From the NCBI RefSeq assembly GCF_000008305.1, contig NC_006055.1, forward strand, positions 540,001-572,000: DNA of 32,000 bases, written 5' to 3'. Source of the stretch: Mesoplasma florum L1 (GTDB taxonomy: Bacteria > Bacillota_I > Bacilli_A > Mycoplasmatales > Mycoplasmataceae). Positions within the stretch are counted from its first letter, which is position 1. The number at the start of each line of letters is the position of its first letter. Below are positions 22,615 to 31,306 of this stretch, piece after piece. The position numbers were made by a program, and so were the translations under genes. The notes below the pieces were generated by a model, which was not told the DNA's origin, did not search any database, and was given only the letters and a program-made list of their open reading frames with translations.

Positions 22615-22642
22615 TAAAAAAGCCACCTATTAAAGGCAGCTT
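22615..22642 (-). terminator. Terminator downstream of tRNA-Ser
   Basis: The minus-strand RNA forms AGCUGCCU-UUAAU-AGGUGGCU, an 8-bp stem with two G-U pairs, followed by a U6 tract. Confidence 0.55.
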
Positions 22643-22654
22643 TGTTGTTTTTAC

Positions 22655-22744
22655 TGGCGGGTTAAAAGAGACTCGAACTCTTGCGCCGGAAACCGACCTA
22701 ACACCTTAGCAGGGTGTCCTCTTCACCAACTTGAGTATTAACCC
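22655..22744 (-). tRNA. tRNA-Ser (anticodon GCU), 90 nt including an encoded CCA
   Basis: I folded the cloverleaf by hand. The acceptor stem is GGGTTAA/TTAACCC. The D arm is CTC...GAG with a GG loop. The anticodon stem ACACC/GGTGT carries the loop CT-GCT-AA. A long variable arm is present (GTCGG-TTT-CCGGC). The T arm is AAGAG-TTCGAGT-CTCTT. The discriminator is G and the 3' end is CCA. Confidence 0.93.
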
Positions 22745-22761
22745 AATAATTACACTTAATT

Positions 22762-22790
22762 ATTATAACAATTAAGTGTCACATATTCAA
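22762..22790 (-). promoter_or_regulatory. Near-consensus sigma-70 promoter for tRNA-Ser
   Basis: The minus strand reads TTGAAT (22790-22785), a 17-nt spacer, then TATAAT (22767-22762). The -10 element ends 17 nt upstream of the mature tRNA 5' end. Confidence 0.6.
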
Positions 22791-22794
22791 AAAA

Positions 22795-23262
22795 TTATTT
22801 ATGATATTTTTCATTATTCATTATTTTAAATGCACGATATATTTGTTCAGCTAAAATAATTCTAAATAATTGATGTGGTAACGTGATGTTACCAAAAGAA
22901 ACTTTTTTATAATTTTGTTGTAAAAATTTATCACTAAAACCATCACTTGGCCCTATTACAAAAACAATTTTTGCTTGCTTTAAATTTTTATTATTTTCAA
23001 TGATTGACATAAATTCTTCTGTTGAATAATTTTTAGAACTTACATCCATACAAATTATTTCATGATCTGAAAATGCTTTTAATTTATCTATTAATAAATC
23101 TGAATTAATATTTTTATTTACCACATCTTCTTTTTGGTATTCTTCTTTAAGTTCAATAACTTGTAAATTAGCATATTTTGATATTCTATTTGCGTATTCA
23201 TTAAATGAATCAATAAAGAATTTCTTATCTAATTTACCAAAACAAACTATTTTGATATTCAT
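22795..23262 (-). CDS. rlmH: 23S rRNA (pseudouridine1915-N3)-methyltransferase RlmH (155 aa)
   Basis: The length and SPOUT-family pattern fit RlmH: MNIKIVCFGKL...FIDSFNEYANRISKY...VIGPSDGFS...LSFGNITLPHQLFRIILAEQIYRAF. Confidence 0.88.
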   Translation of the reverse strand: MNIKIVCFGKLDKKFFIDSFNEYANRISKYANLQVIELKEEYQKEDVVNKNINSDLLIDKLKAFSDHEIICMDVSSKNYSTEEFMSIIENNKNLKQAKIVFVIGPSDGFSDKFLQQNYKKVSFGNITLPHQLFRIILAEQIYRAFKIMNNEKYHK

Positions 23263-23274
23263 GATGAGATTTGA

Positions 23275-24627
23275 TTAAAAACCAAATCCTCCTTTACCCA
23301 TTCCAGGCATTCCTGGCATACGTCCGCTTTTCATCATTTTAGCCATTTCAAGAACTTGTTTTTTACCTTTTTCAAATGAGTTAATTAACTCATTTAATTC
23401 TTTTTCTGTACGACCTGAACCACTAATAATTCTATTTTTTCTAGTAAGTGATTTTAATAGTTTAGGTTCTCTTCTTTCTTTTAATGTCATTGAATCCATT
23501 AAAATTGAGAATACAACTAATTTTCTTTGTGCATCTGAAATTTGATTATCTGATATTTTAGCATTTGGCATCATTTTCATAATTCCACCAATATTACCCA
23601 TTTTAGATACTTGAACTAATTGGTTTCTTAAATCTTCTAAATCAAATTGTCCCATGAACATACGTTTCATAGTTTTTTGCATTGAACGTTCATCAATATT
23701 ATCAACAACTTTTTCAAAAAGAGTTTCAATATCTCCCATTCCAAGAATTCTATCAGCCATTCTTTTTGGATAGAATGGAGCAAGAGCTGAAACTCCTTCT
23801 CCTTCACCAATAAATTTAATTGGTAATTTAGTCATGTATCTAATTGATAGTGTAGCTCCCCCACGAGCATCCCCATCTAATTTAGTTACAATAACCCCTG
23901 TTAATTTTAATTGATTGTTAAATTCATTAGTTACATTAATAATTTCTTGACCAATCATTCCATCAACAACTAATAAAGTTTCATTTGGTGATGTAATCTT
24001 TCTTAAGTCATTTAATTCATTCATTAAATCTTTATCAATTTGTAAACGACCTGCTGTATCTAAAATAACAACATCATGTCCATTTTTTTCAGCAAATTCT
24101 AATGCTTGTTTTGCTGTTTTTAAAGGTGATTGTTTTCCTTGCTCAAAAACTGGTATGTTATTTTTATTTCCTAATTCAACCAATTGGTCAATAGCCCCTG
24201 GTCTATAAATATCTAAACCAACTAGTAAAGGCTTTTTAGCTTCTTTTTTTGCTAAATAATGAGCTAGTTTAGATGATGAAGTAGTTTTCCCTGATCCTTG
24301 TAACCCAACCATCATAACAACAGAAGGTTTTTTAGAAAGATTTAAAGGTGCTTTTTCAGTTCCTAAAATGTCAATTAATTCTTCATGAACAATTTTCAAC
24401 ATTTGTTGGTGTGAAGTAACACCTTCTTGAATATATTCACCAACTGTTTTTTCTTTTATTTTACTTATTAATTCTTTTACAACTTCAACGTTAACGTCAG
24501 CTTCTAATAAAGCTAAACGTATCTCACGAAGTGTTTCTTGAATGTTTTCATCAGTCAATGTAGATTTTTTGATATTTTTCTCCATTGATTTTTTCATTCG
24601 TTTAGTTAAAAAATCTCCAAATGCCAT
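23275..24627 (-). CDS. ffh: Signal recognition particle protein Ffh (450 aa)
   Basis: The SRP54 N and G domains carry GLQGSGKTT, DTAGR and TKLDGD. The Met-rich M domain ends in MPGMPGMGKGGFGF. I prefer the second ATG at 24627 (MAFGDF...) because the SD GGAGGT directly abuts the first ATG at 24633. Confidence 0.95.
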   Translation of the reverse strand: MAFGDFLTKRMKKSMEKNIKKSTLTDENIQETLREIRLALLEADVNVEVVKELISKIKEKTVGEYIQEGVTSHQQMLKIVHEELIDILGTEKAPLNLSKKPSVVMMVGLQGSGKTTSSSKLAHYLAKKEAKKPLLVGLDIYRPGAIDQLVELGNKNNIPVFEQGKQSPLKTAKQALEFAEKNGHDVVILDTAGRLQIDKDLMNELNDLRKITSPNETLLVVDGMIGQEIINVTNEFNNQLKLTGVIVTKLDGDARGGATLSIRYMTKLPIKFIGEGEGVSALAPFYPKRMADRILGMGDIETLFEKVVDNIDERSMQKTMKRMFMGQFDLEDLRNQLVQVSKMGNIGGIMKMMPNAKISDNQISDAQRKLVVFSILMDSMTLKERREPKLLKSLTRKNRIISGSGRTEKELNELINSFEKGKKQVLEMAKMMKSGRMPGMPGMGKGGFGF

Positions 24628-24656
24628 ATGCATACCTCCAGTTTTAATCTTTATTT

Positions 24657-24665
24657 ATTATACCA
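24657..24665 (-). promoter_or_regulatory. Candidate extended -10 promoter element for ffh-rlmH
   Basis: The minus strand reads TGGTATAAT (TGnTATAAT) about 25 nt upstream of the ffh SD, just downstream of the asnS terminator. Confidence 0.4.
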
Positions 24666-24677
24666 AACTTAATATTC

Positions 24678-24704
24678 AAAATAAAAATGCCGCAAGGCAT
24701 TTTT
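24678..24704 (-). terminator. Rho-independent terminator downstream of asnS
   Basis: A 9-bp stem pairs aaaaatgcc with ggcattttt (24683-24704) around the loop gcaa. On the minus strand TTTTTATTTT follows. Confidence 0.7.
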
Positions 24705-24719
24705 GAATATATTTATATA

Positions 24720-26084
24720 TTAATACAATAATGTTTTAGGTGTTCTTGGGAATGGAATAACATCTCTAATGTTTGAAGCACCTGTAATGTACATAATTAA
24801 TCTTTCAAACCCTAAACCAAATCCAGCAGATTTGTAAAATCCATATTTTCTTAATCCAATGTATCAGTCTAATTCTTCAGGATTAATTCCATAGAATTCA
24901 CATCTCTCAAGAATCTTATCTAAGTTAGCTTCACGTTCACTTCCACCACATAATTCACCAATTCCTGGAACTAGTAAGTCTACAGCGGCAACTGTTTTAC
25001 CATCATCATTTTGTTTCATGTAAAATGATTTAATATCTTTTGGATAGTTGATAACAAATGTTGGACATTTGTTAACTTCTTCACAAATAAATCTTTCGTG
25101 TTCTGTACCTAAATCTAAACCAAAATGAATATTGTTTTCTTCAAATTTATGCCCTTTATCAATAGCATCTTGTAATGTTTTTAAAACTTCTTCATAAGTA
25201 TTAACTTTAAATTCAACATTAACAATTCCTGTTATTTTATCAATTAAACCAGGTTCTAATTGTTCTTGTAAAAATTCTAATTCAGTCATGTTTTTTTCTA
25301 AAACATAACCAACAACACTTTTTAACATATCTTGCATTAATTGAATGTTGTCATTAATATCTGCAAAAGCAACTTCTGGTTCTATCATTCAGAATTCTGA
25401 AGCATGTTTTGTTGTATGTGAGTTTTCAGCTCTGAATGTTGGTCCAAAAGTATAGATATTTTTAAATGCTTGAGCAAATGCTTCACCATTTAATTGTCCT
25501 GAAACTGTTAAACTAGCTTTTTTACCAAAAAAGTCATTTGCATAATCTTTATCTTCATTAACTGTAACTACGAATTGTTCACCAGCACCTTCAGCATCAT
25601 TTGAAGTTATGATTGGTGTTGTAACATAAACATAGTTATTTTCTTGAAAGAATTTATGAATTGCAAAAGCAGCTGTTGAGCGAATTCTAAAAATTGCTTG
25701 GAATGTTTTTGTTCTAGCTCTTAAGTGCGAAATTTCTCTTAAAAATTCAGGAGAATGTTCTTTTTTTTGTAATGGATATTCTTCAATTGCTTGATCAAGT
25801 AAAGTAATTGAAGTCGCATTAATTTCAAAAGGTTGTGGTCTTGTTGGTGTAGGAATTAAAATACCTTCGATTTCAACAATTGAACTAACTCTTGCTTTAC
25901 TTCCTTGTTCAAAACCAAATGTTTCTGGTTTATAAACAACTTGTAAGTCATTTAAAACAGTTCCATCATTTAAAACCATAAAGCTAACTGCTTTTCCTTG
26001 ACGATTTGATCTAACTCTACCAATGATTGTTACTTTTTGTTCTTTTAAAGTTTCATGGTTGTCATATAAAAATTTAATATCCAT
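24720..26084 (-). CDS. asnS: Asparaginyl-tRNA synthetase (454 aa)
   Basis: The N-terminal OB fold is [24 protein letters not shown]. Class IIb motifs are [21 protein letters not shown] (the W is the TGA at 25389-25391) and GSEREA. The C-terminus is [27 protein letters not shown]. Track ORFs 25389..26084 and 24864..25388 are contiguous. Confidence 0.96.
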
Positions 26085-26088
26085 ATCT

Positions 26089-26937
26089 TTATTCTCCTTT
26101 TAATACATATTTTTCTATAAATTTACCAACTCCACCATTAAGGTTTGTATCAGTTTCAAATTTTGCTATTTTTTTAATTGCTGGTACTGAGTTTCCCATA
26201 GCAACTGAATTTGGAACAACTTCAAACATGCTTATGTCATTCATATTGTCACCAAAGATTAATATTTCATCAAGTTTAATATTTAGTAATTCTGCTAATT
26301 TTAATACACCATTACCTTTACTTGCCTCAATGTTAATAAACTCATAAATTGGTGTTGATTCAACATTACTTCTCATTTTGTTTAACACTTTATTTTTATC
26401 AGTTTTTTCAAATCATTCTAACATTGCAGCTTCTTCTTTTTCCTCAACAAAAATCATAAACTGAATAACGTCTTGATAATTATTAAATGTTGATACATCA
26501 ATTGGTTCAACATCATATTTATCAACTCAATTTCTTTCTTTTAATGACTTAACATTAATATCAATTTTATTTCAATATGCATGCGCAGGGACTTTTGTAT
26601 ATGCTAATGTTGGAATATTCATTTCAAACATTTTTTGCATAAATTCTTTAACTAATTCAATATCGATTGTTTCACAATATGTTGGTTCAAATTTTGATAC
26701 TGTTGAAATAACAGATCCGTTTGAAAAAATAGAAACATCAGAATGTTTATCTACATCAAACATTTTTGCTCTTACTGAACCACTTGATCAACCTTGACCA
26801 GTAACAACAGCTACATGAACACCTTGCTCTGATACTTTTTTTAACATTTCTAAATCAAATGGATTTGATATTTTTCCATGTTCTAAAATCGTTCCATCTA
26901 AATCTGTTGCAATCAATTTAATATTAGTTAACTTCAT
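26089..26937 (-). CDS. Cof-type HAD-IIB phosphatase (282 aa)
   Basis: HAD motif I is IATDLDGTIL. The C-terminal motifs are FGDNMNDISMF and the ...GN... region. Track ORFs 26572..26763 and 26089..26388 share a frame. I checked the gap codon by codon and found only TGA codons. Confidence 0.85.
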
Positions 26938-26941
26938 TTAT

Positions 26942-28087
26942 TTATTTTCCTTTTTTTCTATTTTTTGTTGAATTTACATAGAAAGTATTAACTTCATATT
27001 TCTCTAAGAAATTATTGTCAATAATTTCAGAGTTAATACCTAGATTTTTCAAAGCTCTCTCAGTTGCTTCGTCATCTTTCATTATTTTATTTTCAAAAGT
27101 TAATCATCGATAAACTGTTTGATAATAATGATGTTTAAGAGATAAACAATGTGATGAATAGTCATAAATTAAAATTTCATCATCTCTTGAATGAATTGAT
27201 CTTTTAACAAATAATCTCATTGAATCATCAAATGGTGTTACATTATCATTTCTACAATGTAAGAAAAACATTGGGAATATCATTTTTAAATCTGATTCAT
27301 AGTATTTAAACACGTCTAAATCATTTCAATCTAAATCAGTATCTTGAATTTGGTTTTTAATAATTCTATTAATAGATTTACCAACTCTTTTGTGACTTAC
27401 TAAGTTTTTTAATCAAACATTTCTTGTATGCACTAATAATGTTTTAATGCTTCCATAATATGAGTCTGAAATTGCTCATTTAATATTATATTTAGAAAAT
27501 TCTTCGTTATATTTTACAATACCATATTGCATTGTAAATCCACCCATACTCATTCCAACTAAGCCAATTGTTTCTGGTTTGTGGTTTTCATGTAATCATT
27601 TCATTGCTGCTCTAAAGTCTTTAACTTCACTAGCACCCATAGTTACATATTCAGTACTTTCAGATTCACCATGATTTCTAAAATCAAAAACTAAAATGTT
27701 ATATCCTAGTTCAATGAATGGTCTTGCTTCATATAAAGCTCAATATTTATGTCCAGCAAATCAGTGTAATGATACAACTCATTTTTTAGAATTAGGATCA
27801 GTTATATATTTCATTCCTGAAATAACTACTCCATCTTCTGTTTCGAAATTAAAAGGGATTAAATTATCAGTTGCTTTTAATTGTAGTTGTGGTGTTTTAT
27901 AAAACTTACGCATGATTTTATTCATACGTCTTAATTCAGGATAATAGTATTTATTCTTATTAGAATCTCCCATTGTTCCTTCTAAAGCTTTATAAAAAAA
28001 TTTAAATCTAAGGTTAACAGTTTTAAAAATTTTGCTACCTAATCTAGATCTAGATTTTTTATTATTTTTTTTCTTTACTTTGGACAT
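26942..28087 (-). CDS. Alpha/beta hydrolase with an intact triad and a basic N-terminal extension (381 aa)
   Basis: The nucleophile elbow is GLVGMSMGG. Candidate Asp and His residues fall in CRNDNVTP and SSHCLS. The N-terminus is MSKVKKKNNKKSRSR. The SD is AAGGAG. Track ORFs 27779..28087 and 27104..27313 share a frame. I read all intervening codons and found only TGA codons. Confidence 0.8.
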
Positions 28088-28099
28088 ATATTAATCTCC

Positions 28100-28882
28100 T
28101 TATTTTTTCTCACTATTTAAGTAATGGTAAATTAATAAATCATTAAAGTAATGGAAAGGTAATGATTTTGAAATTAAAACATTATCATCATTTATTTCAA
28201 CACCATCAACAATTAATGTATGAACTAAACTGGCATTTTCTTCAACTTCTTTTGAAGGCACTTTACCTGAAATAAAAATTGATTTACCTTTTTGTTTTCT
28301 TATTGCTTCTATAACTTTTGATAAGTGTGTAGAAGTTCCGTATTTTGTTAAGAATATGTATAAATCATTTGTTTGTGTATTTTTAATTCTATTATTGATT
28401 GAGTCTCAATCTGAATCTAATAATGTTACATTAACACCGTGGTTATAGAAAAAGTTAGAAAGATCCATTGCTGGTCCTCTTAACACACCTTCTCAATAAC
28501 AAATAACAATTCTTGGTGATGAATCAATTAAATTAATTGTTTTAACTAAATTAGCTTTTTTAATTAAAGTGTAATTTTGTTTAATTAAATTAATATATCC
28601 ATTAGCTACGTTTTCATCGTTTTTTGCAATATTTAATTCTGCATGTTCAACGTCATTTGCTAAACAGATCATGAAATCTCGATATCCATCAATATTCATT
28701 TTTTTCAATAAATTATAAATTGCACTAAACCCTGTTTTTGCACGTCTTGCTAATTCATCAATTTTTATATTTTCTTCTACTATTTGTTTTGAATTGCTTT
28801 TAATGTAATCAACAATAATTAATTCACGTGTAGTTAAATTATTTTCCTCAATTGTTGAAAGTTTTGCTAAAAAAGATCTCAT
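28100..28882 (-). CDS. RpiR/MurR-family transcriptional regulator, HTH_6 plus SIS domain (260 aa)
   Basis: The N-terminal HTH region is LTTRELIIVDYIKSNSKQIVEENIKIDELARRAKTGFSAIYNLLKKMNIDGYRDF. The C-terminal half is SIS-like (...IFLTKYGTSTHLSKVIEAIRKQKGKSIFISG...). The SD is GGAGGAAAT. The gene reads through the TGA at 28493 to the TAA at 28100. Confidence 0.8.
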
Positions 28883-28902
28883 ATTTCCTCCGTTGTAAAA
28901 TT

Positions 28903-28916
28903 ATGCATTTTTGCAT
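28903..28916. promoter_or_regulatory. Inverted repeat ATGCA-N4-TGCAT in the rpiR-like promoter region; a candidate operator
   Basis: A perfect 5-4-5 palindrome lies between a minus-strand TATAAT (about 28927-28932) and the SD of the regulator gene. It is short and AT-rich, so it could occur by chance. Confidence 0.3.
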
Positions 28917-28948
28917 ATTTATTTATTATATTTTATCATTTTTGGAAA

Positions 28949-29902
28949 TTAATTACTACTTTTCAACTTTTCGTACGCTAATTTCGCTATCATTGCTGCA
29001 TTATCTGTGCAATATTCCATCTTTGGAACAAATGTGTTTGTTATATTATATTTTTTACCCAATGACATTATTATGTTTCTAATTTCACTATTAGCACTAA
29101 CACCACCAGCAACTGTTAATGTTTTTGGTTTAAATTGAATAATTGCTTTTTCTAGTTTTTTTTCAACTATTTTTGTTGCTGCATATTGAAAACTAGCAGC
29201 AATATCTGCAACCGGTATTTCCTCACCTTTTTGAGTTAAATTATGAATAATATTAATGACTGCTGTTTTTAATCCTGAATATGAAAAGTCATAACTATCA
29301 TCATTTTTAGATATAGGAAATATAAAAGCTTCTTTATTTCCTTTTTGAGCCAATTTGTCAATTTTTGGTCCACCCGGATAACCTAATCCCATTACTCTAG
29401 CTACCTTGTCATAACATTCACCAATAGCATCATCAAGAGTTGCACCAATTACCTCAAATTCATTAGGTGAGTTAACGATTTCAATTTGCGTATGTCCTCC
29501 ACTAACAACCATAGCTAGTACCGGATAAACAAACTCATTCTCAATTGATGCTCCATAAATGTGACCTTCAATATGATGTAATGGCATTAATGGTTTATCA
29601 ATATAACTAGCGATAGTTTCAGCAACTAATTTACCTATGATTAAAGAACCTATTAAACCAGGTTTTTCAGTATATGCAACATGATCAATTTCTTCAATTT
29701 TTGTATTTGAAGATTCAAGTGCAGATTTGATTACTCAAGATATATTTTCTAAATGTAGTCTTGCAGCTAGTTCAGGAACAACACCACCAAAATTAACGTG
29801 TTGATCTATTTGTGATGAAATAATATTTGTTAATATTTTTCCATCATCAATTATTGAAATTGAAAATTCATCACAACTTGATTCAATTGCTAATATTTTC
29901 AT
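28949..29902 (-). CDS. tsaD: tRNA N6-adenosine threonylcarbamoyltransferase TsaD (317 aa)
   Basis: The N-terminus is [18 protein letters not shown], followed by ...VPELAARLH... and HHIEGHIY (the metal-binding His pair), then ...VVSGGHTQ... and GGVSANS. The SD is AAAGGAGAACAC. There is one internal TGA-encoded Trp (ENISWV). Confidence 0.93.
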
Positions 29903-29914
29903 GTGTTCTCCTTT

Positions 29915-30319
29915 TTATAATGATTTAATAAACTCATCATACATTTTTGATATGTTATATCCGAATTTTTGTGCAACTTCAGTATGTAAGTAATCTATTT
30001 TAAAAATATTACCATTTTTAAAAATCATAGTTAAATCAGCAATATCTCCAAGAACTCCTAGTTTTACATCTTCTATTTGTTCTAAACCATATTGTTTAAT
30101 TTGACTTGCTGTTTGAATAAATTTGCTTATTGTAAATAATCTTTTATTTGTTAATAAAATCATATGCGCAAAAGCGTTTATTTCTCCAACAATAATATCA
30201 ATTACATATTCATCAGATAAAAAGTATTTTTCTACTTCATTAAATTCTTTTTTATCTATCAGTTGATATTTATCAAAATTATAAATCTCTAATTTACTTA
30301 AATACTCTTTATTGTTCAT
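29915..30319 (-). CDS. Small cytoplasmic protein (134 aa) with a bacterial PH-like (bPH) pattern
   Basis: The intact 134-aa ORF contains LSDEYVIDIIVGE...AHMILLTNKRLFTISK...IEDVKLG...LTMIFKNGNIFKI. This resembles the bPH pattern of strand-loop-'lvlTnkRl'. The assignment rests on the pattern only. Confidence 0.5.
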   Translation of the reverse strand: MNNKEYLSKLEIYNFDKYQLIDKKEFNEVEKYFLSDEYVIDIIVGEINAFAHMILLTNKRLFTISKFIQTASQIKQYGLEQIEDVKLGVLGDIADLTMIFKNGNIFKIDYLHTEVAQKFGYNISKMYDEFIKSL

Positions 30320-30336
30320 AAATAGATTATAACAAA

Positions 30337-30361
30337 TAAAAAAACCACATTAAGATATGGT
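30337..30361 (-). terminator. Rho-independent terminator after the small membrane protein pair
   Basis: The minus-strand RNA forms ACCAUAU-CUUA-AUGUGGU, a 7-bp stem with one G-U pair, followed by a U7 tract. Confidence 0.55.
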
Positions 30362-30384
30362 GTTTTTATTACAACAAATGTTTG

Positions 30385-30774
30385 TTAATTTAGCATTTCT
30401 TCAATTTCTTTTTCTAAAATTGATGCTTCCTTTTTAAATTTAATAATCATACTTTTATTGTTAGAATTTTTATTTATTGCTTTAATTTTATCTTCTAATT
30501 CTATTTGCTTTAACTTTAAAGATGTCATATTGCATTCATTAATTGAAATGTCATTTTTTTCTTTTTTATTATTTGAATTTTTGTTATATAAAATTCAAAA
30601 TGGAATTGCTCCCACAAATGGGAAAATGGCTAAAGTTGCTAATAAACCCAACCAAACACCAGATTGCTTTCCTTGCTTGCATTTTTTAATAGCTAAAAAA
30701 CTAAATGCAGTTACAAAAATTAAAATAAATAAATAACATGCTATGTAAATAAGTATAAAAGCTCAAGTTGGCAT
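30385..30774 (-). CDS. Small membrane protein (129 aa): 2 TM helices plus a C-terminal coiled coil
   Basis: The ATG at 30774 lies 1 nt after the upstream TAG, with the SD GGGAGAA. The sequence reads MPTWAFILIYIACYLFILIFVTAFSFLAI...GVWLGLLATLAIFPFVGAIPFWIL, then NKKEKNDISINECNMTSLKLKQIELEDKIKAINK...ILEKEIEEMLN. It has two TGA-encoded Trp codons, so the track misses it and shows only an antisense ORF at 30458..30736. Confidence 0.6.
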
Positions 30775-30775
30775 A

Positions 30776-31255
30776 CTAGTTTTCTCCCTTTAAAAAATTG
30801 ATTTTATTTTTGCAAGTAATTATTTCTACTTTTGTTATTTCTATTTCTTTTTTAAGATTGATAATTTCTTTATTCAATGTTGATAAATTTTCTTTGATGA
30901 CCCCAGATTTTTTATTATTCTTTAATTCTTCTCTTAATCTTAACTTTGAGTTTTGAAAAGAAAGTTTAGAATTTAACTTTTCTAATTCACTTAGTGCATT
31001 TTGTAAAAAAATATTGTCTATATTATTATTCTTACTATCAGGTAATTTATGTTTAACTATTTCACTTTTTTGGACGTTATCATTATTTTTTTTATATTTT
31101 TCATACATAATGAAACACAGTACAATACCAAGTAACGCACTACCTAAAAAACCAACTAAAAACCCTCATGGATTACCATTAAAACATAATTCGGCACCAT
31201 AATATGTCAGTCCTACAGCTAAAATTATTACAAATATTATTATAAATATACTCAT
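30776..31255 (-). CDS. Small membrane protein (159 aa): 2 TM helices plus a C-terminal coiled coil
   Basis: The ATG at 31255 follows the SD AAGGTGA. The sequence reads MSIFIIIFVIILAVGLTYYG...GNPWGFLVGFLGSALLGIVLCFIM, then a K/N/E/L-rich helix matching track ORF 30776..31108. There is one TGA-encoded Trp. The stop is the TAG at 30776. Confidence 0.65.
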
Positions 31256-31306
31256 TTTATCACCTTATCTTTTATCTTATTTTAGCAAAACCACATTATA
31301 TGTGGT

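Noticed and set aside
22563-22800. tRNA-Ser locus as the attachment site of an integrated element
   Set aside because: I saw no integrase or recombinase, no direct repeat of the tRNA 3' end nearby, and only a single small orphan gene before the essential proS gene. That is not enough evidence for an island.
24628-24633. ffh start at the first ATG (MHMAFG...)
   Set aside because: The SD GGAGGT directly abuts this ATG with zero spacing. The second ATG, 6 nt downstream, has proper spacing and gives the usual MAF... Ffh N-terminus.
27696-31202. Plus-strand track ORFs 27696..27902, 28852..29082, 30458..30736 and 31014..31202
   Set aside because: They are antisense shadows of the hydrolase, of the rpiR/tsaD junction, and of the two small membrane protein genes. 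The minus-strand frames have SD sequences, coupled start and stop signals, and coherent TM plus helix architecture.
30341-31298. The 12-nt direct repeat AAAACCACATTA flanking the small membrane gene pair, considered as a target-site duplication or mobile-element boundary
   Set aside because: Both copies form terminator hairpin arms, and a 12-mer match is expected by chance fairly often in 32 kb of AT-rich DNA. No mobility gene is present. I kept it only as a side note in the corresponding finding.
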